Of a stretch of 64,000 nucleotides of DNA, positions 53,841 to 64,000 are shown piece after piece; position 1 is the stretch's first letter; every line of letters begins with the position of its first letter. The notes below the pieces were generated by a model. The model was given only the letters and a program-made list of their open reading frames with translations, was not told the origin of the DNA and ran no database searches. The stretch comes from an uncultured Actinomycetota bacterium (GTDB taxonomy: Bacteria > Actinomycetota > Actinomycetes > JACCUZ01). The DNA lies in assembly GCA_963771345.1 (NCBI GenBank), contig CAVYTH010000009.1, positions 257-64,256 on the forward strand, in the 5' to 3' direction. The position numbers and the translations under genes are program-made.

Positions 53841-54823
53841 ATGCGCGCGATCCAGGTCAGCCGGTTCGGGGGTCCGGAGGTCCTCGAGCTCGTCGACCTG
53901 CCCGCGCCCGAGCCGCGCGGCGCCCTGGTCCTGCTCGACGTCGACGCCGCGGGCGTCAACTACGCCGACACCCACCAGGCGGCGGACGACTACCTGGCGC
54001 CGCAGAAGGTCCCGTTCGTCCCAGGCGCCGAGGTGGTCGGCCGCACCGACGACGGGCCGCCGGGTCGTGGCGCTGCTCGGCAACGGCGGCTACGCCGAGC
54101 AGGCGCTCGCGCACCCGGCGACCACCTTCGCGCTCCCGGACTGGCGTCGACGACACGACCGCGCTGGCCCTGGTGCTGCAGGGCACCACGGCCTGGCACC
54201 TGCTGCGCACGAGCGCCCCTGCACGCCCGGCGAGACGGTCGTCGTGCACGCGGCCGCCGGCGGCGTGGGCTGCCTCGCGGTGCAGCTGGCCCGCGAGATG
54301 GGCGCCGGCCGGGTCATCGCCACGGCGTCCCGCGCCGAGAAGCGCGACCTGGCCCGCGAGCTCGGCGCCGACGTCGCGCTCGACCCCGGGTCGGCGACCG
54401 GAGACTCCCGACCTGCGTGACGCTCTGCTCGACGCCAACGACGGGCAAGCCGGTCGACGTCGTGCTCGAGATGACCGGCGGCAGGGTGTTCGACGCCTCG
54501 CTGCGCGGCACTGGCCCCGTTCGGCCGGCTGGTCGACCTACGGCATGGCCTCGCGCAGTGCCGCCGACGCCGGTCGCGCCGGCCGCGCTGATGGCGACCT
54601 CGCGGGCCGTCGTCGGCTTCTGGCTGGTGCACGCCCTCCGGCTCCCGGGCGGGCTGCGCCCGGCGATGGAGGAGCTGCTCGCCCTGCACACGGCCGGCCG
54701 GCTGCGGGCGCTCGACGGCGGCCGCTACCCGCTGGAGAGCGCCCGGCAGGCGCACACGAGGATCGCCGTCCCGGCGTACGCACGGGAAGCTCGTGCTCGA
54801 CTGCACCGACGCTCTCGCCCTGA
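53841..54823 (+). CDS. qor: NADPH:quinone oxidoreductase (MDR/zinc-ADH superfamily), several indels; 3' end unresolved
   Basis: '[25 protein letters not shown]', 'VNYADTHQ', '...[33 protein letters not shown]' (nucleotide-binding motif) and '...GKLVLD'. It reads through into the tldD frame. Confidence 0.7.
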
Positions 54824-56388
54824 CCGACGCGCCGACCGCACGACGACCGCCCCACGCCACGGAGACGACCAGTGCCCGCGAGATCGACGAGGCCTTCACC
54901 GACCTGCCGCTGCGGCGGCTGGCCGACGCCGCGCTGAGCCGGGCCCGCGCGCTGGGCGCCGAGCACGCCGACTTCCGGGTCGAGCGGATCCAGCGACTCA
55001 GCACCTGAGCCTGCGCGACGCGCGGCTCGACGGCAGCAGGGACGGCGAGGACCTCGGGTTCGCGGTGCGGGTGCGTGCACGACGGGACGTGGGGCTTCGC
55101 CTCGCGACGTCGACCTGACGCCGGAGGCCGCCGAGCGGATCGCCGAGCAGGCGGTCGAGGTGGCCAAGGTGAGCCGGCCGCTGTCGACCGAGCGGGTCGA
55201 GCTGGCCGACGAGCCGGCGCACGGCGACGTCACCTGGGTGTCGCCCTACGAGATCGACCCGTTCAGCGTCCCGGACTCGCGAGAAGGTCTCGCTGCTCGC
55301 CGACTGGAGCGCCGGGCTGCTCGCGCACGACATCGTCGCCCACGCCGACGCGTCGGTGCACTGCCGTGCTGGAGAACAAGTTCTACGCCGACCTGGCCGG
55401 CACCATGACCACCCAGCAGCGGGTGCGCATCAACGTGCAGCTCGAGGCCGTCGGCATCGACAAGGAGTCCGGCCGGTTCGACACCATGCGCACCCTCGCG
55501 CCGCCGGTCGGCCGCGGCTGGGAGTACCTCACCGGCACCGGCGTACGACTGGGCCGCCGAGCTCGACGGAGCTGCCCGAGCACCTGGCCGAGAAGCTGCG
55601 GGCGCCGTCGGTCGAGGCCGGCGACTACGACCTGGTCATCGACCCGTCCAACCTGTTGCTCACCATCCACGAGTCGATCGGGCACGCGACCGAGCTGGAC
55701 CGGGCGCTGGGCTACGAGGCCAACTACGCGGGCACCTCGTTCGCGACCTTCGACCAGCTCGGCGACGCTGCAGTACGGCTCCGCGGTCATGAACGTCACC
55801 GGTGACCGCACCGCCGAGCACGGGCTGGCCTCCATCGGCTACGACGACGAGGGCGTGGCCGGGCAGCAGTGGGACATCGTCAAGGACGGCGTGCTGGTCG
55901 GCTACCAGCTCGACCGGCCGATGGCGCGGCTGAAGGACCTCGGCCGCTCCAACGGCTGCGCCTTCGCCGACTCCCCCGGGCACGTGCCGATGCAGCGGAT
56001 GGCCAACGTGTCGCTGCAGCCGGCCGACGACGGCCCGTCGACCGAGGAGCTGATCGCGCGGGTCGACCGCGGCATCTACGTCGTCGGCGACAAGAGCTGG
56101 TCGATCGACATGCAGCGCTACAACTTCCAGTTCACCGGGCAGCGGTTCTTCCAGATCGAGAACGGCAGGCTGGCCGGCCAGCTGCGCGACGTCGCCTACC
56201 AGGCGACGACCACCGACTTCTGGGGGTCGATGGAGGCGGTCGGCGGGCCGCAGACCTACGTCCTCGGCGGCGCGTTCAACTGCGGCAAGGGCCAGCCGGG
56301 GCAGGTGGCCGCCGTCAGCCACGGCTGCCCCTCGACACTGTTCCGCGGCGTGCGGATCCTCAACACCCAGGCGGAGGCCGGCCGATGA
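54793..56388 (+). CDS. tldD: TldD-family metalloprotease, about 4 indels; start uncertain
   Basis: 'LADAALSRARALGAEHADFRVERIQ...LGFAVRV.HDGTWGFAS' and '...HESIGHATELDRALGYEANYAGTSF...' contain the HExxxH-like TldD motif. The C-terminus has '...GAFNCGKGQPGQVAAVSHGCPSTLFRGVRILN'. Confidence 0.75.
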
Positions 56389-57808
56389 GCACCACGACCA
56401 CCAGCGTGACGGCCGCAGGAGGTCGTCGAGCGGCGCTCTCGAGCTCTCCGCGGCCGACGGCTGCGTCGTCGATCGCCGAGGAGTCCAGCGAGGCCAACCT
56501 GCGCTGGGCGGCGAACACCCTGACCACCAACGGCGTGATGCGCGGCCGGAAGCTGACCGTCATCGCGACCGTCGGCGGCAGCGAGGGCACGGCGACCGGC
56601 GTCGTCGTCGCGCAGCAACGTCGGCCTCGACGAGGTCGAGGCCCTGGTCCGGGCCGCCGAGGAGGCGGCCCGCGACGGCCGTCCCGCCGAGGACGCCCGG
56701 CCGCTGATCACGCCCGAGCAGGTGCCGCAGTCCGGGCAGGGCTGGACCGAGGCGCCGGCCGAGACCTCGATCGGCGTCTTCAGCGACGCTGGCCCCGACG
56801 CTCGGCGAGGTGTTCGCTCGACGCGCGGGCTGCCGGCCGCGAGCTGTTCGGCTTCGCCGAGCACCAGCTGTCGACACGACGTACCTCGGGCACCTCGACC
56901 GGCCTGCGGGTGCGGCACGCCCAGCCGACCGGACGCATCGAGGTCACCGGCAAGACCGCCGACTGGTCGCGCTCGTCCTGGGTCGGGCAGAGCACCCGCG
57001 ACTTCACCGACATCGACATGACCGCGGTCGACGCCGAGCTGACCCGGCGGCTCGCGCTGGGCGCAAGCGCCGGGTCGACCTCGACGCCGGCCGCTACGAG
57101 ACGCTGCTGCCGCCGAGCGCGGTGGCCGACCTGCTGGTCTACCTCTACTGGACGGCGGTCGCCCGCGACGCCGACGACGGCCGGACCGTCTTCAGCCGCC
57201 AGGGCGGCGGCACCCGGGTCGGCGAGCGGCTGGCCGACGCGCCGCTGCGGATGTGGAGCGACCCGCGCCGCCAGGGCATCGAGTGCGACCCGGTCGTCGT
57301 TCGCGACGTCGTCCGGCTGCGTCGCAGTCGGTCTTCGACAACGGCCTGCCGCTCGTCGACGACCGACTGGATCGCCGACGGCGAGCTGAAGGCGCTGATC
57401 CGACCCGGCACTCGGCCGAGCTGACCGGGCTGCCGTTCACCCCGGCGTCGACAACCTGCTGATGGCCTCCGGCGACGCGACGCGCGGGCTCGACGAGATG
57501 GTCGCCGACACCGTCGCGCGGCCTGCTGCTCACCTGCCTCTGGTACATCCGCGAGGTCGACCCGCAGACCCTGCTGCTCACCGGGCTGACCCGCGACGGC
57601 GTCTACCTCGTCGAGGGCGGCGAGGTCGTCGCCGAGGTCAACAACTTCCGGTTCAACGAGAGCCCGGTCGACCTGCTCGGCCGGCTGGCCGAGGTCGGGC
57701 TGACCGAGCGGACCCTGGCCCGGGAGTTCGGCGACTACTTCACCCGGACGGCGATGCCGGCCTGGCGGGTCGCGGACTTCAACATGTCCTCGGTCAGCAA
57801 GGCGTCCT
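56385..57808 (+). CDS. pmbA: PmbA/TldE-family protein (TldD partner), several indels
   Basis: The ATG overlaps the tldD TGA (ATGA). '...EANLRWAANTLTTNGVMRGRKLTVIATV...' and the C-terminal '...LTGLTRDGVYLVEGGEVVAEVNNFRFNESPVDLLGRLAEVG...' are typical of the family. Confidence 0.75.
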
Positions 57809-58070
57809 GAGGCTCTGACCTGCGCGTTTGTCGCCGACCACCTCCTCGGTCCGCACACAGTCCGCAAGAGCGGCGTCGAGGATGGTCGCGGGCGCGGTCG
57901 TCGTCGCCGGGCCAGAAGTGCGCGTAGACACCCAGGGTGACCGCGGCGCTGGCGTGGCCGAGGATCATCTGCACCTGCTTGACCGACGCTCCCCCGGCGA
58001 TCAGCGCGCTCGCCGCGTAGTGGCGCAGGTCGTGGGTCTTGTCGCGACGGGGGACGCGAGCACGATCCGG
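57794..58070 (-). pseudogene. 3' remnant of a tyrosine-recombinase (phage-type integrase) gene
   Basis: Only the C-terminal ~80 codons are present: '...LRHYAASALIAGGASVKQVQMILGHASAAVTLGVYAHFWPGDDD...'. This is the conserved Tyr-recombinase C-terminus with R...H..L.Y. No N-terminal or core-binding part lies upstream. It overlaps the pmbA 3' end. Confidence 0.5.
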
Positions 58071-58112
58071 CCCGGGTACTCATGACGAGGGATCACCCGA
58101 AGGGACGCGGTG

Positions 58113-58409
58113 CTATCGCTCCTCCACCTTCAGGAGGTCGAGGTTGCGGAACGTCGGCGGCGCGTCGCTCAGAGACTGCATCCGCTCAGCGAACTCGGCC
58201 GTGGCCGGGTCCTCGTTGTTCTTCATCGCGGCCTCGTAGGAGGGGAACTCGACGACAGTGACGATGGTCCCCGCGTTGTCGCGGTCAGCGCAGACCAGGA
58301 CGCGACTCGGTCCCATGTCAGGGAACCGCTGACGCCACTCCTCGTTGAAAGCCATCATCTCGTCGAGCTTGGACGTCTTGGTTTCGATGATCTGAACGAA
58401 TCCGGCCAT
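58113..58409 (-). CDS. Small hypothetical protein (~98 aa) in a lower-GC islet
   Basis: 'MAGFVQIIETKTSKLDEMMAFNEEWRQRFPDMGPSRVLVCADRDNAGTIVTVVEFPSYEAAMKNNEDPATAEFAERMQSL...'. Intact ORF in a locally ~60% GC region. No confident family. Confidence 0.4.
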   Translation of the reverse strand: MAGFVQIIETKTSKLDEMMAFNEEWRQRFPDMGPSRVLVCADRDNAGTIVTVVEFPSYEAAMKNNEDPATAEFAERMQSLSDAPPTFRNLDLLKVEER

Positions 58410-58704
58410 GAAGCCCTCCCAGGGCATGCGTCCGGCGATTCCGGCATCTGTTTGCAACCTGCTCTGGGACGCCGTTGTCGTCAAGGCGCCTGGTCGATAG
58501 GCCGGGGCAATCACAGAGCGCCCTATGCCCGGGTGGGCCGCCGGCGGTTCGCCTCGGACTTGGCCCGGCACAAGGAGGTCACCTGATCAGGCTGCCACTG
58601 CCATCGGCCACGGCAGCCCTGTCACCCACAGACCGCGCACTCAAGGCGATGTCCGGAATGATCGATGGAGCGGCATTTCAACACTCTCCGAGAGGACTCC
58701 CGCC

Positions 58705-59058
58705 TTGAACCCCAACCCGGTCTACGCCCAGCACCTTGCCGCGACCAAGAAGCTGAAGAACGCGCGGAAGAACCAGATCGGCGGCTGGGTGTTCTTCGGC
58801 CTCGGCGCCCTCGCGACGCTCGCCGGCATGATCACCGGCCAGTTCCGCCTCTTGTGGCTCCTGATGGGCGTTGTCGGCCTCCTTTTCGCCCTCGACAGCG
58901 GTCGACGGATGACCGAACTGAAGGCGGCTGTCGCCACTGCCGGCCATGGCGTCGCACAGGCGCAGTCCCCCAGCGATTCACCGGTCAGCCGCGGCCAGTT
59001 CGGCGGACCCAGAGCAGCTGCGCAAGTGGTCGACCGCTGCGGCTGCCGCGTGACCTGA
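58705..59058 (+). CDS. Small hypothetical membrane protein
   Basis: TTG start 'LNPNPVYAQHLAATKKLKNARKNQIGGWVFFGLGALATLAGMITGQFRLLWLLMGVVGLLFALDSG' with two TM segments. Confidence 0.3.
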   Translation: MNPNPVYAQHLAATKKLKNARKNQIGGWVFFGLGALATLAGMITGQFRLLWLLMGVVGLLFALDSGRRMTELKAAVATAGHGVAQAQSPSDSPVSRGQFGGPRAAAQVVDRCGCRVT

Positions 59059-59268
59059 ACCGGTCGTCATTCGGCGGGTACGCCCGCACGTGGCAGTTGC
59101 TGCATTCGACACCATGAGCCTCGGTCGCCCTGACCCATCCGTGCGGGGCGGTCGCCCCGCACATCGCGCGACGTCGCCCGCTGGGGCCGCGGTCGGCGCG
59201 GAGGCGATGCCGGACAACTGTCGGGTGCTGCGCTGCGCGCACATCGCACCACCACCCGTCGAGGAGCG

Positions 59269-59935
59269 TCATGGTTCGACGAGCCCGGCGCGGATGGCGT
59301 AGCGGGTCAGCTCGGTGCGGTCGCGCATGCCCAGCTTGGCCAGGATGTTGGCCCGGTGCCGTTCGACGGTCTTGACGCTGATCGTCAGGGCGCTCGGCGA
59401 TCTCCTTGGACGAGTGGCCCTCGGCGATCAGCTTGAGCACCTCGTCCTCGCGCGGGGTCAGCACGTGCTGCCGGGCACCCGCTCGCCGCGCCGGGCGCGC
59501 TCGCAGGTAGTCCCGGATCAGCGCGGTCACCGCGCCGGGGTAGAGGAACGGCTCACCGCGCATCGCGGCGCGGCAGGCCTCGACCAGGTCCTGGTCGGCC
59601 ACCGACTTGAGCACGTAGCCGGAGCGCCGGCCTTCAGCGCCTCGAAGAAGTACTGCTCGTTGTCGTACATCGACAGCATGAGGATCCGCGGGGCACGGCG
59701 TGCGGCGGGACAGCTCCCGGGCGGCCTGCAGACCGGTCATCCGCGGCATCGCGACGTCGAGGATCGGCCAGGTCGATCTCCTGGCGTGCGGGCCATCGCG
59801 ACCGCCTCGGCGCCGTCGCCGGCCTCGGCGACCACCGTCAGGTCGGGCTCGTTGTCCAGGATCAGCCGGACGCCGCGGCGGACCAGCGCGTGGTCGTCGG
59901 CCAGCAGGATCCGGGTCGGGACCGGCGCCGCTCAC
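59269..59935 (-). CDS. NarL/FixJ-family response regulator (REC + LuxR HTH), several indels
   Basis: '[40 protein letters not shown]...[16 protein letters not shown]', '...[21 protein letters not shown]' and HTH '[23 protein letters not shown]'. The GTG overlaps the TGA of the upstream HK. Confidence 0.75.
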
Positions 59936-60904
59936 GACGTCGCCGCCGAGGCCGTCACCGGGACGACCAGGCGCACCTCGGTCCCGCCGCCCGTCGCGCG
60001 GCCCGATCGTCGAGCTGCGCCCCGACCAGCATGGCCCGCTCGCGCATCCCGCGGATGCCGGCGCCCTCGGCCGCGCCCTGCAGGCCGCGGCCGTCGTCGG
60101 CGATCCGCAGCGCCACCCCGTCGCCCTGCCTGGTCAGGGACAGCTCCACCAGGTCGGCGTCGGCGTGCCGGGCGGCGTTGGTCAGGCGCCTCCTGAGCGA
60201 CCCGGTAGATGACCAGCTCGGCCTCCCGGCTGAGCGCCGGCAGGTCCGGCTCGATACCCGCGGCGGACCGGCACGCCGCTGTGCGGCCGAGAAGTCGGTG
60301 GCCAGCGCGGCCAGCGCGCTGAGCAGCCCCAGGTCCTCGAGCACACCCGGGCGGAGCCGGCGGGCGACCCGGCGTACCTCGTCGAGGCTCGACCGTGCGG
60401 TCTCCTGCACCGCGCGCAGCTCGTCGGCGAGGTCGGCGGGCGCCCGGTCCGCGGCGCGCTTGAGCCCGAGCAGGACCGCCGTCAGGCTCTGCCCGACCTC
60501 GTCGTGCAGCTCCTGGGCGATCCGGTGCCGCTCGGCCTCCTGCGCCTGCGAGCGCGTGCGCCGATGCTCGCGCCCCGCTCGGCCTCGAGCCGCGTCGAGC
60601 ATCGCGTTGAAGCTGTGACCAGTCGCGACACGGCGCCGTTGCCGGTCTCCGGCAGCCGCTGCCCGGGGTGGAGCAGGTCGACGCTCTCCATCAGGCGCAT
60701 CAGCCGGTCCAGCGGCGCCAGGCTGGTCCGCAGCAGCAGCGCGTTCGTCAGCAGGATCACGACCAGGCCGACGGCCAGCACGACGGCCTCCGAGGCCAGC
60801 ACCCGCGACGACACCGTCGCCGGGGACAGCGCCAAGCGCCGCCGTCCCGACGAGGAAGACGAGGCCGTTGATCAGGCAGACCCGCCAGAACAGCGGCATG
60901 CTCA
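59932..60904 (-). CDS. Sensor histidine kinase (HisKA_3 / NarL-type), several indels
   Basis: TM 'MSMPLFWRVCLINGLVFLVGTAAL'. H-box 'EAERHRIAQELHDEVGQSLTAVLL'. '...ALTNAARHADADLVELSL...ADDGRGL...GIRGMRERAMLVGAQLD' is the HATPase_c domain. Confidence 0.75.
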
Positions 60905-61182
60905 TCGCGGACTTCACACCGACAGCGTCACGCACCGTCGGGAAGCCTGTCCACGCGATCCGGGTCAATGGGGCCTGGACCCCACACCGGACCACGACCT
61001 GCGCATGCACCGAGTGAGGTACCCATCCGGCCGGAACTGGGGGGCAGCACGGATAGCGCGTGCCGGGCACCGCACGAGATCGTGATGACGCGGCGGAACG
61101 GCGGGCACGACGCTCCCTCTCACGGAGCTCACGCCGACAGCAGCCCGTCGTTCCCGCCGCGCCAGACCCGGAGGTGGTCACC

Positions 61183-61819
61183 GTGACGCTGCCGGACCTC
61201 CCGCCGTCGATGACCACACCCGCCGCGACAGTCGGCCCCGACACCACGACGACCCTGGTCGTGATCGCCGCCCTGGTGCTCCTGCTGCTGGGCGTCGCGT
61301 CGGTGCGGGTCGTCGCCGCGCACGAGCGGGCCGTCGTCCTGCGGTGGGGCCGCGTCGTCCGGGTCCGCGGCCCAGGGCTGGTGGTGGTGCTGCCCGGCGT
61401 CGAGCGCGCGGTCCGGGTGTCGCTGCGGGCCTCCCGCCTCGACCCCTTGGTGGTGCGGGCCGTCACGCGGGACGGCGTCGCCGTCCGGGTGTGGGCCAGA
61501 GCCCTGTGCCGCGTGGTCGAACCGGCGCGATCGACCGTGTCCGCCGAGGACCCGATGCGACGCGCAGCCGAGGCCGTGGAGGCCGGCATCCGCCGCGAGG
61601 TCGCCGACACCGACCTGGCGTCCCTGCTGACCACGGGAACACCGCAGGGGACCTGCATGCAGCAGCACATCGCGCGATTGACCGCTGACTGGGGAGTGGA
61701 GGTTCTGGAGATCGAGACCACCGACGTCGAGCTGCGAGCGGTCCGCGGACCTGCTGGGTTGGGCCCAACGCTGGGCCGCCCGGACCGACAAGGACGTCGG
61801 GCGCGCCCGCACCGGATGA
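61183..61819 (+). CDS. SPFH/band-7 (slipin-like) membrane protein; 3' end unresolved
   Basis: RBS 'ggagg' 10 nt before the GTG. TM 'TTTLVVIAALVLLLLGVASV' then 'RVVAAHERAVVLRWGRVVRVRGPGLVVVLPGVERAVRVSLR...DPLVVRAVTRDGVAVRV' (SPFH core). No in-frame stop before the antiporter, so an indel is assumed. Confidence 0.6.
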
Positions 61820-61861
61820 CGAACCGCCCCGACCCATCGCACCTATCGCAGGACGGAGGAC

Positions 61862-63100
61862 ATGGGCCACGCCAGCGACCTCGTCGTACTCGGAGGGGCG
61901 CTAGTCGCGGCAGCCGTCCTCGGCCGCGCGGACGGCGGATCGGGCTACCCACCATCCCGCTGTTCATGTTGGCCGGCATCGTCTTCGGCCCGCACACGCC
62001 GGGTGTCGCCCTGGTGGACAACCCCGGCGACCTCGACGCGCTACGCCGGCGTCGGCCTGGTCTTCCTGCTCTTCTACCTGGGTCTCGAGTTCAACATCGA
62101 CGATGTCGTCTCTCGGGGCGCCCTCCGCCTGCTCGCGGCCGGACCATCTACCTGGTCCTCAACGTCGGCGGCGGCGTCGTCTTCGGCTCGCCCTGGGCTG
62201 GGGATGGCGCGAAGCGATCGTGCTGGCCGGCATCATGGGCATCTCGTCGTCGGCGATCGCCACGAAGATCCTCGTCGAGCTCGGCGCGACTCAGCCGGCC
62301 GGAGAGCCGGCTGATCCTCGGCATCATCGTCATCGAGGACGTGTTCCTCGCGGTTTACCTGGCCGCGCCTGCAGCCGGTGCTCGGCGGCGCCGACACCGT
62401 GGTGGCCGCGCCGTCGACATCGGGACCGCGCTGGCCTTCCTGGCTCGCGCTGGCCGCCTCGCCATGCTGGGCAGCCGGTTGCTCAGCGCCCTCGTCCCCG
62501 AGCACGACGACGAGTTGCTCGTCGTCACCTTCGCCGGACTGGCGCTGCTCACCGCCGGCACCGCCCAACACCTCGGCGTCTCCGACGCGATCGGCGCGTT
62601 CATGATCGGCCTCGCACTCGGCACGACACGATCGGCGCCCAGGATCCGCCGCCTCGTGCACCCGCTGCGCGACACATTCGCTGCCGTGCTGTTCGTTGCG
62701 TTCGGCCTGTCCATCGACCCCGCCGACTTGGCCACCGTCGCCATCCCGTCTCGCGATCGCCGTCGCGGTCACCGTGGCGCTCAACCTGGCCGCGGGGCTC
62801 GTCGCTGCTCGGCTGCACTCCCTCGACACCGGCGCCGGCCTGACGATGGGCGTCACGGTTCTCGCCCGCGGCGAGTTCGCCCTCGTCCTCGCCGCCATGG
62901 CCGCCGGCGCACAGCTCGATGCCCGCCTCGCCCCGTTCGTCGCCGGCTACGTCCTGGTCCTCGCGACAGTCAGTCCACTGGCCGCAGCCCACGCCGCCAC
63001 ACTCGTCCAGCTCATCAGAGGAACGCGAGCCGAACCGAGTACCAGCCACCGCGCGCAGCCGTTGCCACACCCGAAGCGCAGGACGACAACCGCTCACCTG
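61862..63100 (+). CDS. CPA2-family cation:proton antiporter (Kef/NapA-like), many frameshifts; 3' end approximate
   Basis: 'MGHASDLVVLGGALVAAAVLGRA...GLPTIPLFMLAGIVFGPHTPGV...VFLLFYLGLEFNIDDVV...AIVLAGIMGISSSAIATKILVELG...LILGIIVIEDVFLAVYLA...LVVTFAGLALLTAGTAQHLGVSDAIGAFMIGLALG'. RBS 'ggaggacatgg'. Confidence 0.65.
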
Positions 63101-63227
63101 TCGACGGGCCGGGTAGTCCCTCGGCCAAGAGATGCACTCACGACTCCATGGCGCCGAACCGCAGCCCCCGGCCATCGTGACAACACTGTGGGCGTCCCCG
63201 CCCACGACTTCGGCTGGACGGAGAAGC

Positions 63228-63437
63228 GGCATGCACATCGACCGCCACTCGCTCCTGACCTTTCTGCGGACTCGCGACAACGAGGCCGACAGCACGTCAG
63301 GTGGAAGAGGCGCTGCCCTCGGAGATCGACACCGAGCGTGACCGCGAGCTGCTCAAGAGGTGTGGCATCAATCCCAACGTCCTGGAGGCCATGGCCGGCC
63401 GCGATCCGGAGCTCGGGGTCCGCCGCGGAACGATGTG
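63228..63437 (+). CDS. Small hypothetical protein (indel ~63300)
   Basis: 'MHIDRHSLLTFLRTRDNEADSTS...VEEALPSEIDTERDRELLKRCGINPNVLEAMAGRDPELG'. Protein-like composition but no family. Confidence 0.25.
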
Positions 63438-63496
63438 AGCAAGGTCGGGCGATCAAGGCGTCCTAGCGTCGCGGGTTGGGCTAGACCGTTCGACGG

Positions 63497-63769
63497 GTGC
63501 GGGGTGGCCGTTCCGGGGCTACGCGGACGCTCGAGCGGTCCGATATTTCGGGTATGCCTCGCTCACGTCGTCCCACTCAACGGCTACTGGCTGGACCTCC
63601 CGCAGAAGCCGCTGCGCACGTCGGTGTGCACGTCGCCGACCTGATGGCCGCCGTCTGCCGTCGCGAGCTCCACTCGACGAACGACCACCTCGACAACGCT
63701 GCGACCTGGATGGTGCGCACGCTCGAGGTCGAGGCGTGGGCCGAGCGGCGCAGCCAGCTCGCCGGCTAA
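63497..63769 (+). CDS. Small hypothetical protein
   Basis: 90-aa ORF '...DLMAAVCRRELHSTNDHLDNAATWMVRTLEVEAWAERRSQLAG*'. Unsupported beyond ORF length. Confidence 0.2.
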   Translation: MRGGRSGATRTLERSDISGMPRSRRPTQRLLAGPPAEAAAHVGVHVADLMAAVCRRELHSTNDHLDNAATWMVRTLEVEAWAERRSQLAG

Positions 63770-64000
63770 CGTACCTTGTCGGTCGCAGCATTCCAGCTCC
63801 ACCTCGGGCAGAACTCGGGTATCATCCGGAGGTTCTGCTCATGGTCGACGTCGTTGCTGCTGTCGACCACCGGGGCCCCGTAGGGCCACCTCCGATCCGT
63901 GAGCACGGGGACCGGCACCAGCTGCCGGCAATCCTTTGAACCGGTGGGCATCCAGCACGCGGTGCCCCAATTCGTCTCAGCCGTCGAGTCGTGTCGGGCC

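Noticed and set aside
57800-58600. Search for a tRNA or att site next to the integrase remnant
   Set aside because: No cloverleaf-compatible sequence could be recognised by eye, with no GTTC-like TΨC arm paired to a 7-bp acceptor stem. Absence is not proven without tRNAscan.

Overview
This is a high-GC (~70%+) chromosomal segment from an actinobacterium, judging by rbpA, mabA-inhA, glgA(glgM)/glgC divergent synteny, a SARP regulator and FprA. It carries about 65 protein-coding genes, densely packed on both strands, and most are core-metabolic. I found no rRNA, tRNA or CRISPR array by eye. The named loci are:
- Ribokinase, ThuA, RbpA and two tandem Cys-type sulfatases flanking a PPK2.
- NadK and FprA, a membrane GGDEF-EAL protein, LtrA, SatD plus DUF3307, and an NAD-epimerase.
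- A PHM/DBH-like copper monooxygenase lipoprotein, SpoU next to a TSUP transporter, a coiled-coil SLT lytic transglycosylase, and an SPFH/NfeD pair.
- A large AfsR/SARP regulator beside glgA|glgC, plus serB.
- A cyanophycin operon, cphB-cphA-serine hydrolase, with overlapping stop/start codons.
- A second CphA-like ligase that lacks the ATP-grasp domain, immediately downstream of fabG1(mabA)-inhA.
- qor-tldD-pmbA, an integrase 3' remnant beside a lower-GC islet, a NarL-type HK/RR pair, and a second SPFH gene next to a CPA2 antiporter.

The dominant feature is that nearly every CDS is interrupted by one or more apparent 1-nt indels, often in compensating pairs. These look like sequencing or assembly errors in G/C runs, or possibly pervasive pseudogenisation. 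Gene boundaries are therefore approximate, and several apparent fusions may be artefacts.

Non-coding highlights are two inverted-orientation copies of an ~85-bp palindromic element (29.9 kb and 50.1 kb), a perfect TTGCAAC-N3-GTTGCAA operator-like site between divergent genes, and six 18-bp tandem repeats at a gene 5' end.
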